A stretch of DNA of 62,667 nucleotides, the filler included, from Basidiobolus ranarum (lineage: Eukaryota): NCBI GenBank assembly GCA_040143965.1. It is 11 parts of 11 records of this genome, joined end to end, with 100 filler letters (N's around TTAATTAATTAA, not from the genome) between each part and the next. Parts side by side here need not be neighbours in the genome. Positions count along the whole stretch, not along the records: positions 34,291 to 39,892 come from JASJQH010008418.1; positions 39,993 to 45,592 come from JASJQH010008419.1; positions 45,693 to 51,289 come from JASJQH010008420.1; 8 more parts are not named here. One strand, given 5' to 3'. Below are positions 37,720-49,567 of this stretch, piece by piece. Each line of letters starts with the position of its first letter. Within the stretch, counting starts at the first letter, position 1. Position numbers and translations under genes: made by a program. A model generated the notes under the pieces. It was not told the DNA's origin, did no database searches, and was given only the letters and a program-made list of their open reading frames with translations.

Positions 37720-38500
37720 TACAAGCGCATCAACTCTGGCGGTGAGGCCAATTTGGCAGATCTAGGGAATCAACCCCTACCTACATTGAAAGAAGCAAAG
37801 TTCAAGTTCACTGGGATCCCGGTGCCAGGATTTGGAATGATAGAGACTTGCGCTGGCTGTATCTGTAACAAAAATTTCCATTCAATGATACTGCGAAGGA
37901 ATTTGGTACATTAGGACATCCTTCCAGCGAAGTGTGCTTAGATATTACTAGGTGGCCGTTGCGATAATCTGCAAATATCGTGCCCTCAGCTATTCAACTG
38001 TTACTATAACAATCCTAAGGCTAATGAACAAGCCTTCACTAAGGATGGGTGGTTCAGAACTTGGGATACAGCCAATCTGGCCAATGGTGCCCTAGAACTT
38101 GTTGGAAGAACTAAGGATAGCATTATTCTTCGTGGTGTAAGCTATTATAGTAAGGAACTTGAAGCTGCATTACTTAGAATTCAACAAGAAATGATTTAGC
38201 TTTGCTCTCAAGCACCTCACGTAATATCACCACTCTCCAAGAATATCTCAATAAAAATTCAATGGGAAAGCTGTCGAGAGGAAAGCTACGTCAATGATAT
38301 GAAAAAGCGGAATTCAATGCGTACCTGAAGATTGTTGAACAAATTGCCCAAACAAGAAAGGCTTTGAAATATAAGAAGCTAACCTCTGATACCGAAATCA
38401 TTTTGGCTTCCTTCTTGTGCAAGATTTTTGATGTACCTTCGGATGATATGTGTGTACAGTAGGGGAGCCTCGTCACAATTATGGAGATTTCAAAATTATC
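37720..38500 (+). pseudogene. NRPS-like adenylation(-thiolation) domain remnant, quinone-synthetase type
   Basis: Across frameshifts: RINSGGEAN, PGFGMIETCAG, YYNNPKANEQAFTKDGWFRTWD, LELVGRTKDSIILRGV, KNSMGKLSRGKLRQ. Confidence 0.8.
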
Positions 38501-38822
38501 ATGACCAAAAACTAAATAAATATGTTTTTTGATTCTAAACAGGAGAATAAAGGTTTTGAAATACATATTTTATTTCAAATAGCATAGTAACATAGGTTTT
38601 ATCTATATGATTTTCATACTTTTTAAATTTTGCAATATATATTTTTTCATGGAAATATTCTAAGTCCTCAAGCGGATCCCAACCCTGACCCCTACTTAGG
38701 TATAAAGCCAACCGGGGGAGTTGTTAATAAAGGGTTTATTCAAGCATAGTGCTAATGGGGTAAATTAGTTAGATACTAATATCTTACCGAAAATAAGGAA
38801 AAAAGCTGATTGGCAGGCTCTT

Positions 38823-39870
38823 CTAAAGGAAATATAGCTCAGAATCACACCCTGGACCAAAATGGACGTCCCAGTATTTGACATGTGCGGCAGGATTCAT
38901 GGGAAACTGGCCAGCGTTGCAATGTAAATCTTCAACAATGGTTCCATTGACTATATCATGGCAATCAACTGTAACTTCATCATAATTAATCCAAATTTCG
39001 TGAGGGGTATGGAGATAACCAAACATCTCGGGAGGAACTCTAGGCACGATGTCATTTTGGTTTGTGACACGACAAAGTTTTTGATAGTCTTCGACACCGT
39101 TGGTGATTGTGGAATAGGCTAATTTGGCGAAAGCTGCATCCCCAACCCTTGGTGACCCATAGTTATGTAAGCGGATTCTATTGATATCTACTACGCTCAA
39201 TAAGGAAGGCTCAAGCGCATCCTCATGATCAGGATTGAGATAAATTTGCTTGATATCTAAAGCCCCTAATGTTGCCACAGCGGCACCCAAGGAGTGTCCA
39301 GTAACCAGAAGTTCATAATCAGATGATTTGCTTCCGACAATAGAAAGGGTCTTGGCTAACCCTTCCTTTACTTGTTGTGCAACACTTGTAGCGGCTTCAT
39401 AGAATCCACGATGAACCTTAGTATGTGGGTACTCCTTTGGGTATACAAAGGACCGGGGAATGAAGTCAAAGTCCAGGATCCAGTTTTCAAGGTTGGAAGA
39501 ACTAATTTTGATTGTTAAATACTTTAATCTCATGAAGAAGTGATTTAAAAGTAACTTACCCTCTGTAGCTAACAACAATCAACTTGTCTTGTTCATTGTA
39601 TCCGATATACCCAGCCATCTCGGTTGTGCTATTTTGGAAGTAGGTGGTTACATTGAAGCTACCAGTACAGCGATGCCCACATGACCAATCCATGATTTTA
39701 TCTTCGTGGCAGTAAGCGACAGAAGCATATCTGGCTGACGCCTTAAGCATTGACAGGGTGGAGCTGTCAATTGCCTCATACGGATCAGCAACAGAGTGAG
39801 AATTGGAGTCGCTCCAAGGGAAGGCAGCGGCTAAGCCGAGGAAGAGAAGGCAAAAGCTTTGAGATAGCAT
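38823..39870 (-). CDS. Secreted class 3 lipase, 2 exons (39870-39560, 39501-38823), about 329 aa
   Basis: Signal peptide, YASVAYC, spliced YRGSSNLENW, VHRGF, VTGHSLGAA nucleophile elbow, YGSPRVG, DIVPRVP. Confidence 0.93.
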
Positions 39871-40129
39871 CTTGTGATGATGATGAGTAAACNNNNNNNN
39901 NNNNNNNNNNNNNNNNNNNNNNNNNNNNNNNNNNNNTTAATTAATTAANNNNNNNNNNNNNNNNNNNNNNNNNNNNNNNNNNNNNNNNNNNNAGGCAAAA
40001 TTTAACATGATTTGGATAAGTGTTGAGAAAATAGTGAAAATTGGTAAAAGTGATCTAATAGATATTTCTATCAACTAGAACAATGAACACATTCTTGAAG
40101 GGCAGCATTGAATGCTAAGTAATCAGAAT

Positions 40130-41281
40130 ACAACTGTGTGCACGCATTCAGCCCTGCTGAACATGAAACTTAGTCCTTGAGTTGTTGCTAGGCTTACTCA
40201 GTGTAGATTCTTCACCATATTTGGTATATAGAAAACATCATCCCATTATGCAAATGGTGCAGCTGAATTTTGATCTAATTTGAGCATAACTATGCCCATA
40301 ACAACAGCATTTAGTGGATTGTCATCTCCTAAGTAGACTTTGCTTGCTTGAATGGGTTTCAAGGTGGAAAACCAATCATTCTAGTTTGATATTTGCTGAG
40401 AAGCTCCTTACTCTATGTATCATGTTTCTGCATGATCCTCAGTGGTTAGTAATAGGGCTGACCCAAATTGATGATCACTATCAACACTAACTTGGCTGGC
40501 ATGTTCTGATTTTTGCTTCGGGCAAAAATACTTTTCTTCAATCTTTGATTTAATGGCCTGGTTTCTTGCAATACTTGCGGATGATTGATATCCTATCAGG
40601 GGTGCCATTATTGTAGCCTGTTGGACATTTACAGCTCCAAAAAAAGACGGATTTGCATTATTTTGCTGAAAATTAAATCTCCTTGGTTGCTCAATCAAAA
40701 GCATAGCATCAACAAACTCCATTGTTATTGGCTCAGATCTTGTTCCAGGGCAATTACAATGTTCCCAAACTCTTCTGGCTGGCTCACAAGTAATGTCGCA
40801 ACTAAGTCCTCATCTCTGACAGGTGCTCCAATGAATGAGAACCAATCTGCCATTGTATTTTCCAATTTTGAATGATCAGCCATAGAATCATCAGCATACA
40901 TCTAAATAAAGTATAATATCCAATGAAGATAATGCCTATTAGCTAGACTTTCAATGTCATATAGTCCCTCAAATATTTCTCAAACAGTTTGGACATTTTT
41001 GTCTGAGTGAATGTGCCTCAATCAGAGTCTTTAAGATGTAGACAAAGTGTAGAGGGTGCTCTCTTCTGCTTCTTGTTAAAGGCAAGGATAACTTCAGGTG
41101 TGCTCTTTGGCTCTATATCTTCTCCTGTAACAAACCTCAAAAGGTCCTTGTCTTCTAGCACCATTTGCTCCTTGACCTTCCAAAGGTGAAAGTATACACC
41201 ATCTGACTTCTCTTTGGATGCAAAAACATTGGCAATAGCACTGGAAGACATTTCTTTAATGCTAGCTTGGGGCTCATAACC
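40130..41281 (-). mobile_element. Decayed Ty1/Copia element: primer-binding site, gag and protease
   Basis: GGTTATGAGCCC directly after ...TCA. Gag starts at 41251 (YFHLWKVK..MVL..KDL), followed by a zinc-knuckle remnant (YCKKPGH) and a protease region (DWFSTLKP...VYLGDD, DVFYIP). Confidence 0.8.
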
Positions 41282-41469
41282 TGATAGAAGTGTTTAGAGG
41301 AGTTACAACTGCTTTGGACAAGACTTGGACTGTGAACTATACACTCAAGTTTTGTTAAATTCAAAATATGCAATTGATTGTTTGCTATAAAATAGGACAT
41401 ATTAGACATGTGTAGATCATAATAAAGATGCCTGTAAAGCATGGGTGATGATATATGGCTTAATGTTGG

Positions 41470-43130
41470 GGAAACTTTGTGGAATCTTGTCCAAAATATC
41501 TTGATTTGAGCCAATTATGGAAAAGCCATAGACCTGGCAATGCTAAGAAGATTCTTGACTTATTCTATGTGGCTTATCCCAGGTTTTTGCAAGCAAATGG
41601 TACTTGGGCTAGTATAGGCCTAATAATGAAATAGTCCAAAAGTGTACTCAATTGTTGACTTGGAAAAGAAAGAAAAGCAGCCAAATATGAACTCAAGGTG
41701 CAGGGAGTTACTGAACCCAAGGGAAAAGCATAGAAGCCAGTAAGCTTGGGCTCTATTGTCCCAATTAACCAATTCATCACACCAGTACAAAGATCTGCTT
41801 TCAAGAGTCAGATATATTGGCAACAAGGATTAATTTTTCCATGCAACCAAGTACATCACACTCGTGAGTGCAAAATTTGAAAATATTCCTAGCACCTGGC
41901 ATCTCTCAACAAGCTTAAACACCAGCAAATATAACTCATGTCACTCCTACCTCACATGGTACTTTTCAAAGGGTTGCAATTAGCCCCAAAGTCAAAGGCA
42001 AGCCAAAAGCCATATAAACATCACAAAGCAACCTCAGTAGTGCCAAACTGCAAGGATGTATAAAAAAAGAAGAAGTACTTGAAGAATATTTTCAAACATA
42101 TGGGGGAGAAAACTCAGTGCAAGTATGCAGAAAGTAGCTTCAGAGATCAATATCTAACTTGACATTCAGTCTGGTGTTGATCATGCAGACATGAGGGAAG
42201 AACTTAATACAGAATGGCACAATTCTGTGGGGTAACCACCATATAGCTGGAAAAATGTTGATTCAGCAACATTTATACAATGGTGGGCTTTGATAGAGAT
42301 TTTGATACAAACTTGTGTTGGATATGAGCTAAACCTTAGGTATGAAGATATTCAGGAGATTAGATCACACACACTAGTAATTTCAAAGGTGACAAATTTG
42401 TATCTAAGTGGTATATTTGCAAAATATAGATTAGATTTTTTGCAAATGTACTGATCATTAGTTTTTTAAGATTGTAGCCAAAAATATGCAGCTACTTTGT
42501 GTGATCTTGATACTTCACTCTTAAAACCAAAAAAATTGATTAAAATCAAAGGTTTAAAGAAGATATAATGAATCTATGCCATTATTTAATACCTTTCCTG
42601 CTGCATCTCTCACAATGCTTAGAGATTATAGGCCATTTCTATACATTCTGTGTGTTCCCAATGGAGCATGCCTGCAGTGAAATGATGCTCTGTGTGAATC
42701 CTTAGTATTAATCTATGCTAATCTGATTTACACTGTATCAACAACATCAGTGAAGGATGTAATGCAATGGTTTAAAGAAACCCCAGACTATATGAACCTT
42801 CAACCACAGGGCTCTTTTCAATGTACCCATGAGTTTTCATACTGTGTCGCCACCATAAAAGCAACAAAACTCAACACATTGACAAAATGTTTGTATGGCA
42901 GTACTATTCTAAGTCTCAGATGTTCAGCAATTTTCCACTTTTAGTTTGGCTGCCAAGCATATTAACTTAGTTGAATTATGTATGATAAGTCCAATATGTG
43001 CATTAACAGTGAATAAAATTAATCAGATTGTTGCATATTTTGATTAACATTATAGCTAGAATACAAAGCCTGAAATGTCTAAATAGAGGCATGCATATCA
43101 ATTTGAACTTGTATAGGAGTAATGCCACCT
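41470..43130 (+). mobile_element. CACTA-like family pieces: ORF2 3' part (41470-42540) fused to transposase 3' part (42550-43130)
   Basis: Reverse-complement similarity to 6720-7740 and direct similarity to 10660-10960 and 19840-20050. Confidence 0.72.
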
Positions 43131-45692
43131 ATTTGCTATTTGAAAATTGAGGTTTCCAAAAATTGTTGGAAATTTAATAATGTTTGCCACATATTGAAGA
43201 TCATATTAACTACTTCACTAGCCTTAATTCAAGTTGAATTGTTTAAAAGAGTGCTATCTTCTTTGTTTTGGTATGAATTAATATGAATGATTGGTTCAGA
43301 AGAAAAAGATTTTTGTGACCATTAGCAGTAACATTGGTTGAAAATTTTTCATTTTCATTGAACAAAACATCCATGATATGAATCAACTTGTAAATTCTGG
43401 TATCATAAAGTCTGTATGCCTTAGTTCAAGTAAAATTGCCAACAAAGATGCATTTGTTACTTTTTGGATTGAATTTAGACAAATTTTGGTCACAATTTGT
43501 AGATTGGCAATTCATCCAAAACTTTTCAGATGTTTTACAACAGGAGTAGCACCAAACCAATCTTGATATGGTTTAGAATTGGGCAGACTTCTAAGATGAC
43601 ATTACTATTCCAATATATGGCTGTAGCAATAGATTCAACCTAAAAACTATGAGATAATTTATGTGCATTGTCTAAGAGCCAGCCTTTTCTATCACAGTCT
43701 AGTTTGCTCTTGTAGTAACCTCTTTTGCTTCCTGACAGAATTTATTTGATTGATCTGGATCAAATCCACCCTCCATGAGCACAAACTGTGAGAGGACCAT
43801 CATAATATTGCTGGCTTGTTTTCTTTCAGCAATACTGATGGTGAGATGGCAGCATCTTAACAATGTTGTTTTGGAAATATTCTAACAATATCTTGCACAT
43901 ATCAAGCTGGAAAAATCATATATATTGGTATCTTACGGTATTATTATAGTTAAAAGGAAGAACTATTATATTCAATCAATTAGAGTTGCATCAATGCAAA
44001 TAGTTACAAAAATATCACAGCAATCAGGACTTCCTGACTTAAAGCTTTTTGGCCATACACAAACCATAAGGTTTGAACAGTTTTTAGTGGGGCTATAACC
44101 ATTTTAAAATTGCCATCACAAATATTGCATAAGCATATATTCAAAACACAGGAATTCAGGACCTCAAGATTCTCATAAAATTAGTGATAATGTTTGGAAC
44201 AACTCAACAATTCTCTTAACATTTTGCACAGAGCTGCAGCAGTACCTGATATGGATGTGTTCAAAGTTTTGCCACAGCAGCAATATTAGTGCTCTAAGTG
44301 GCAATTGAATGCTAAGCCAGCCACTTGCAGCATTATACTCAGCCACCAATTGATAGCATTCAATATCACCCATTTCTTTATATAAGCAACCTTTCCCCCT
44401 AGTGAAAAAGCTTTGAGCCTTAGCACCATCCAAAACTGCACCATAGCATTTATCCTTTTTCATGCTAGATATTTTATCACATATGAGAGTAGAATAATAA
44501 TGATTCCTATTGGAACTCAACTAGGCTTAACTATGTACAATTGCATCTCAGATTCTGACGTAAATATCTTAACTTCTACAGCTGTGGCATATACTTCAGA
44601 CTTGATCCAAGTCTTTCCTAATGTTAAATATCTATCTTTTTCTTCAGGCTTCAATTTGGAGAAATCACCAGAGTTATATCTACCCTTGTGTTATTAAGAA
44701 ATCGTGAAAGCTCTATCATTAGCTTTAATTGTTTCTCTCAAAGTCTTCAAGTATTGACATAAAATAGTTTGTCTTCACCCTCTAAGGATAAGTTGAAGAA
44801 TACATCTCCTATCAATCTGTTTAGGCTCCAAGTATAAAAAATTCAGCTTTGGTGGAAATTTGTAGAGGGATTAAGCTTTATTCTGAGTAGTTAAGTTAAA
44901 ACCCCAATCCCATACTACAACTGTATTATGATAGTTATTATACATGGTGAAATATTGATTCTCATATTTGGTATGTGATATTCAATTTCTGACAGTTACT
45001 GGGAAAAACCAATTTTGAATGGCAAATTACTGGGTTTACTGCTATAGGAATATCAGTTAATATGCTTGACTTAACTTGGATATTTAGGCTTTATATTCCA
45101 ACCATGATGAGAATTTAAAATATAAGAATCTCATCATAAAGTTGGCAAGTCCTATTTAATTTTAATCAATTTTTTCAGTTTCAGGAGTGAAATTTCAAGT
45201 TCTTACAAAATGGTTACATATGACTAGCTACAAACTCAGAGAACTATGGATCAACACATGTGCCAAAAACATAACTGAAATTTTACACATTTACCACTTG
45301 AGCACAAATTTATCATCTTCAAAATTCCTATTTTCTTACATATATTCTCCCAAATATTTTTATAAAGTGTGTCATACCCAAAATTTAGCTTATATCCAAC
45401 ATGAGGGTATATCAATGGACTTGTTCCATTGTGCCAGGATTTATCAGACCTTGGATCAATATATTAGAGTAAATGTGATTAAAACTGATCATGCCAGAGG
45501 GTGATGGATAGTGCCAAATTGTGCCGCATAAATTTTAGAATACTTTATCCAATATGATATATACAGCACAATCTGGCACTATCACAGAGAACNNNNNNNN
45601 NNNNNNNNNNNNNNNNNNNNNNNNNNNNNNNNNNNNTTAATTAATTAANNNNNNNNNNNNNNNNNNNNNNNNNNNNNNNNNNNNNNNNNNNN

Positions 45693-46178
45693 TACGCAAA
45701 CTCTGTCGCATCCACCCAGGGTGATTTCCAGGTGCTGCCAAGCGGTGCTCTACGTCAAGCCAAATTCCTTAACACGGTGATTCACGAGGCTCTATTCTTA
45801 TTCCCACCAGAAGCAGCTACGATCCACCGCTGCACTACGGAACAATGTACGATTGAAGGTTTTGTTCTCCCCGCGAATGTTGAGGTACTGATGCCATTTT
45901 ACTCGCTCAATCAGAGAATTATGGATGATCAAGGGCATAAGGGATACTATCCAATGAGATTTGTGGAAGATCCGAAGTTATCGTCGCGCTTCTTTGCGTT
46001 CAGCAAATTCTCAAGGAGCTGCATTGGTCAGGAATTTGCTATAATTGAGTTGCGTCAGGTCATCTCGGTTATGGTTCATTACTTTGATTTAACAATCAAA
46101 ACTGCAGGAGAAATATCGGGTCTTGATGGACTGATGGTCAAGGATTTCACTATGGCAGCTGAAAAGCGCATACTTTAG
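45693..46178 (+). CDS. Cytochrome P450, C-terminal part (5'-truncated), atypical motifs
   Basis: FLNTVIHEALFLFPP (K-helix), PMRF (PERF-like) and FSKFSRSCIGQEFAIIEL (heme Cys) in P450 order. Confidence 0.8.
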   Translation, partial: YANSVASTQGDFQVLPSGALRQAKFLNTVIHEALFLFPPEAATIHRCTTEQCTIEGFVLPANVEVLMPFYSLNQRIMDDQGHKGYYPMRFVEDPKLSSRFFAFSKFSRSCIGQEFAIIELRQVISVMVHYFDLTIKTAGEISGLDGLMVKDFTMAAEKRIL

Positions 46179-47251
46179 TATTTGTAGCCAGTGATGAGCA
46201 TATTGGTGAGTATATTGAAAAATTAGAAATAAATCGTATTTGAGTACTTTATGCAATATCTACTGATGATAATCAATTAGTTGTAATCAACTAGTTTGAA
46301 AGATTGTGTAAAATTGCTCAATCTTCCCTAACCCTAAAGATGTTACAGAACTAGGGCCATTCCTGACCCTAATCATTGTCAACCCTGGGTAACCAGATCT
46401 TCAAATGACTATGCATCCATAGCTAGGCTGGATGGGTTGTGAGGTATTCCCTCTGTGCAAATTTTTTCCTGTCATTCAACTTCTTTTTAATATTCTTGTT
46501 TAGTTTCTTTGAAAGGTCTCTTGACTAGATTCCTGTAATTTAACAGACCGCTGCATAAAATAAGCTCTTCAATTAGAACTCATCAAATGAATTTTCTTAG
46601 ATAATCACTTGCGCTGTATTTCCCTTCCCACCCCTGATGATGAAACTGTTGAGAAACATATCAGATCTATGAATTTGGATAGCTTTCAGGGTATCAAGTG
46701 TTATGGGAGCATGATGGTTGTGGAATATGTAGTGAGAATCGAAGTTCAAGCTCAGCTGGAGCGAGTGAATTTCAAGTAAAAACCGCATGTCTTTGCTATA
46801 GTGTATAACTCAATTCAGTGTCTATAGATCACATTTTTGATGATTATTGGCAATACTTTTGAACGTTCATGTACTTTGCTACTTGTGGGGTGCTCAGATT
46901 ACTGATGAATATAATGTTATCTGAATTAAATCATGGAATAACTTTTAGCGTTACCGAGATTAATTCAAAATATTCAAAGATAATACTGATCAGACGTAAT
47001 ACTGATTCAATATCATTTATATTTTATGATCTCAAATTCGGTGATTATGTGAGTGACTAACTATTTAAGGAAAATCAACACTTAAAATCAACATCATAGG
47101 TAATTTAAGCCATAAGTAACTGCCAATTACAAAATGGCAATTATCACGCATAATCATGCAAATCAATGACTATAAATCAATACTAACTTCAGTAAATACA
47201 CAAATATATTTTATTTAACAAAACTAATGGACATTGGATTCAAAGTGATAA

Positions 47252-48067
47252 TTACTTGTGGTTCATCTCTGAGACGAGGTCATTCATGGCGCAATTGGCA
47301 TACTGCAACCAGCCCCCATTCGCGTGATTGCAGTTATCAGACCAAGGATCAGTACCGTCAATTGACAAAAAGATAGAATCACCATTGCCAGCTAGGCCAG
47401 ATCCCCAGCATTTTGCATTTCCCGTCCGCGAAACTTTCCCTCCCCAGTTCGGATAACAAAAGCCCCCACCGGCGATGCGATAACACTGCCTTCCAAAAAC
47501 TCCAGCCCTAGTTTGCGACGGATTACCACCCATGTCATCAACATACTGGCTGAGCCCAGCACCATCCCGCAAGCTGTACTGCCCGAAGTTTTGCCCAGTG
47601 ATATTCGCCATAAATTGCCATTTTTGATCAATCTGAATCGTGGCTTCGAAGACAGTATCTTGGTCTGAGTGGATTGCATCAACGCGGAGTCTGTAACGTT
47701 GACCTGGTTGCCAGTCGACTTTCATCATAACTTGCTTACCAGGCTTTTCCTTGGAGGTTTGATAAGCGACATTTGGTCCAATATTCAGAACTTCTGCCTT
47801 TTGGTTTTCACTCTTATCAAAGAGAGAGAAGGTTATCAATCTCTTGGTGTTACTGTCAGCTTGTAAACCAAAGTAGCCATCAGCGAACCCTACAACACCC
47901 CAAAGTCCTGGCGATCCATCGCCCCCTGAAGGAACTTCAATATCGGACTCGAAACTGGTTACCGGACCAATATTCCAGCCTGGAAATGAGGTAGCGAGAT
48001 TTATGTTCATTCCATGGGCCACAGAGGATAATGCTGGCAATAACACTAGCGGAAGGAATGTCTTCAT
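47252..48067 (-). CDS. Secreted protein, DUF3472-like, 271 aa, intronless
   Basis: Signal peptide. GYFGLQ...RLITFSLFD, DWQPGQRYRLRV and WQFMANI resemble the DUF3472 pattern from recall. Paralogous to 48473-49567. Confidence 0.75.
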   Translation of the reverse strand: MKTFLPLVLLPALSSVAHGMNINLATSFPGWNIGPVTSFESDIEVPSGGDGSPGLWGVVGFADGYFGLQADSNTKRLITFSLFDKSENQKAEVLNIGPNVAYQTSKEKPGKQVMMKVDWQPGQRYRLRVDAIHSDQDTVFEATIQIDQKWQFMANITGQNFGQYSLRDGAGLSQYVDDMGGNPSQTRAGVFGRQCYRIAGGGFCYPNWGGKVSRTGNAKCWGSGLAGNGDSIFLSIDGTDPWSDNCNHANGGWLQYANCAMNDLVSEMNHK

Positions 48068-48472
48068 GCTTAATAACTTTATGATGTCAATCTTGTGAAT
48101 AATGCTGGTACCGGCAATCCGTAGCTTTTATATACAGTTGAATCACAAGCACTAATGTGGCGGCTCCTTATCTAGACCCAAAACCGAGAAAATAAGAGGC
48201 TTTCCAAGACAAATTGGAAGAAAATTGTTTCATCGATAAATGCCTTGTTCAAAACAAACCTTAGACAAGCCTAATTTTTTTACGTGGCCACTCACCACAT
48301 GATTATTGTCCAGGAACAAAACTCCAAATAGGCGAACCATGTGGTCTTAACGCATTATCAGCCACACGACCATTCCATTTAGAAGAGAGCATGAACTTTT
48401 CCCTTCTATAGTAGTGAACTTTTCCCATATAAAGTCTGCGTTCTTGATTGCTGACTACACTAAATTTTTATC
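48068..48472. promoter_or_regulatory. Candidate bidirectional promoter
   Basis: 405-bp gap between divergent ATGs, with TATATAAAA on the minus strand (48126-48134) and CATATAAAG on the plus strand (about 48426). Confidence 0.55.
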
Positions 48473-49567
48473 ATGAAGTTCAAATTGCTCCTGACAACGA
48501 CGGCTTCTGCACTCCTTCTTTGCGCCAAGTATATTGATGCCTTGGACGTTTTCGTAAACGGTCCCATTGGAGGTTCAATCACCGGATTTCTAACATCAAT
48601 TGAAATTCCCGTGGGTTATGACGGAGTAAATACGTACTTCGGTGGAGCTGCCTGGTGGCTAGGGTACTTTGGTTTGCAAAGAGTCGCCGAAAATGACCAT
48701 AATACCATCTTTACTGTATGGAACCTTGGAAATCATACCGCCAAAATTATCGAAGCTCATCCTGACGCTCGCTTTGTAACATGCGAGAAAAATTGTGCGG
48801 AGGGTTCAGCTGCGCAAATTACTGTACATGGCGACTTTTGGAAACCCGGCACGAAGTATTGGCTGAAGGTGGAGATTAACCGGGACGGCAAGGATATTAT
48901 ATACGTTACTTCTATATACAAGAACAATGAGTGGCAGCTGGTCGGTAAGATTCTTGGCCCTGATTATGGTGAACTCATGCAAGTACCGACCAATTATTTT
49001 TATCAGTTCATCGAGGATTTTAGCAATGGCATGAGTCCCGAGAGCTTGAGAGTTCCCAGGCGTGTAATATATGGCGACCAGTTTTACAGAGTTGAAGGCT
49101 CTGATAAATGGGGACCCATTACACATATCTCTCCTGCGACCTCACGCCATGCTCAACGTTTATACGATGACTTCAATTATTCTGCTAATATCACCAAAGG
49201 TGGAGATGGCTATGTACTGGCTCTTGATGGTTACTTGCCTAAGGGTGACTATGACCGCACCTATATTCCACCATTCAATTATCACACCAGCAACATCACG
49301 CTTCCTTCGTTCTTAGGGATGGACACTGTGGAACTGCCACTTTCATCGTATCTCAAACAGGATCTCAAAGTTGTCAACGAAGGTGGAATTTTACACGCTG
49401 AGTCGGTAGCTACTTGTTCAAGACCAGTGCTTCCTCCAACATACACCTCACCGACAGCCGTTAACAAGAAATTCAGAATATCAAATGATAATGGCATCCA
49501 AATTGCTCATGATATCTCGGGATCTTGTTCAAGGCCAGTCCAACCTCCTACCTACACTCCATCGTAA
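48473..49567 (+). CDS. Secreted protein, DUF3472-like, 364 aa, intronless
   Basis: Signal peptide. NTYF, GYFGLQ, IFTVWN, AEGSAAQ, WKPGTKYWLKV, WQLVG, YQFIEDF. Confidence 0.8.
   Translation: MKFKLLLTTTASALLLCAKYIDALDVFVNGPIGGSITGFLTSIEIPVGYDGVNTYFGGAAWWLGYFGLQRVAENDHNTIFTVWNLGNHTAKIIEAHPDARFVTCEKNCAEGSAAQITVHGDFWKPGTKYWLKVEINRDGKDIIYVTSIYKNNEWQLVGKILGPDYGELMQVPTNYFYQFIEDFSNGMSPESLRVPRRVIYGDQFYRVEGSDKWGPITHISPATSRHAQRLYDDFNYSANITKGGDGYVLALDGYLPKGDYDRTYIPPFNYHTSNITLPSFLGMDTVELPLSSYLKQDLKVVNEGGILHAESVATCSRPVLPPTYTSPTAVNKKFRISNDNGIQIAHDISGSCSRPVQPPTYTPS

Noticed and set aside
46325-46400. CCCTAACCCTAA telomere-like words
   Set aside because: Only two units, internal to a contig; compatible with chance.
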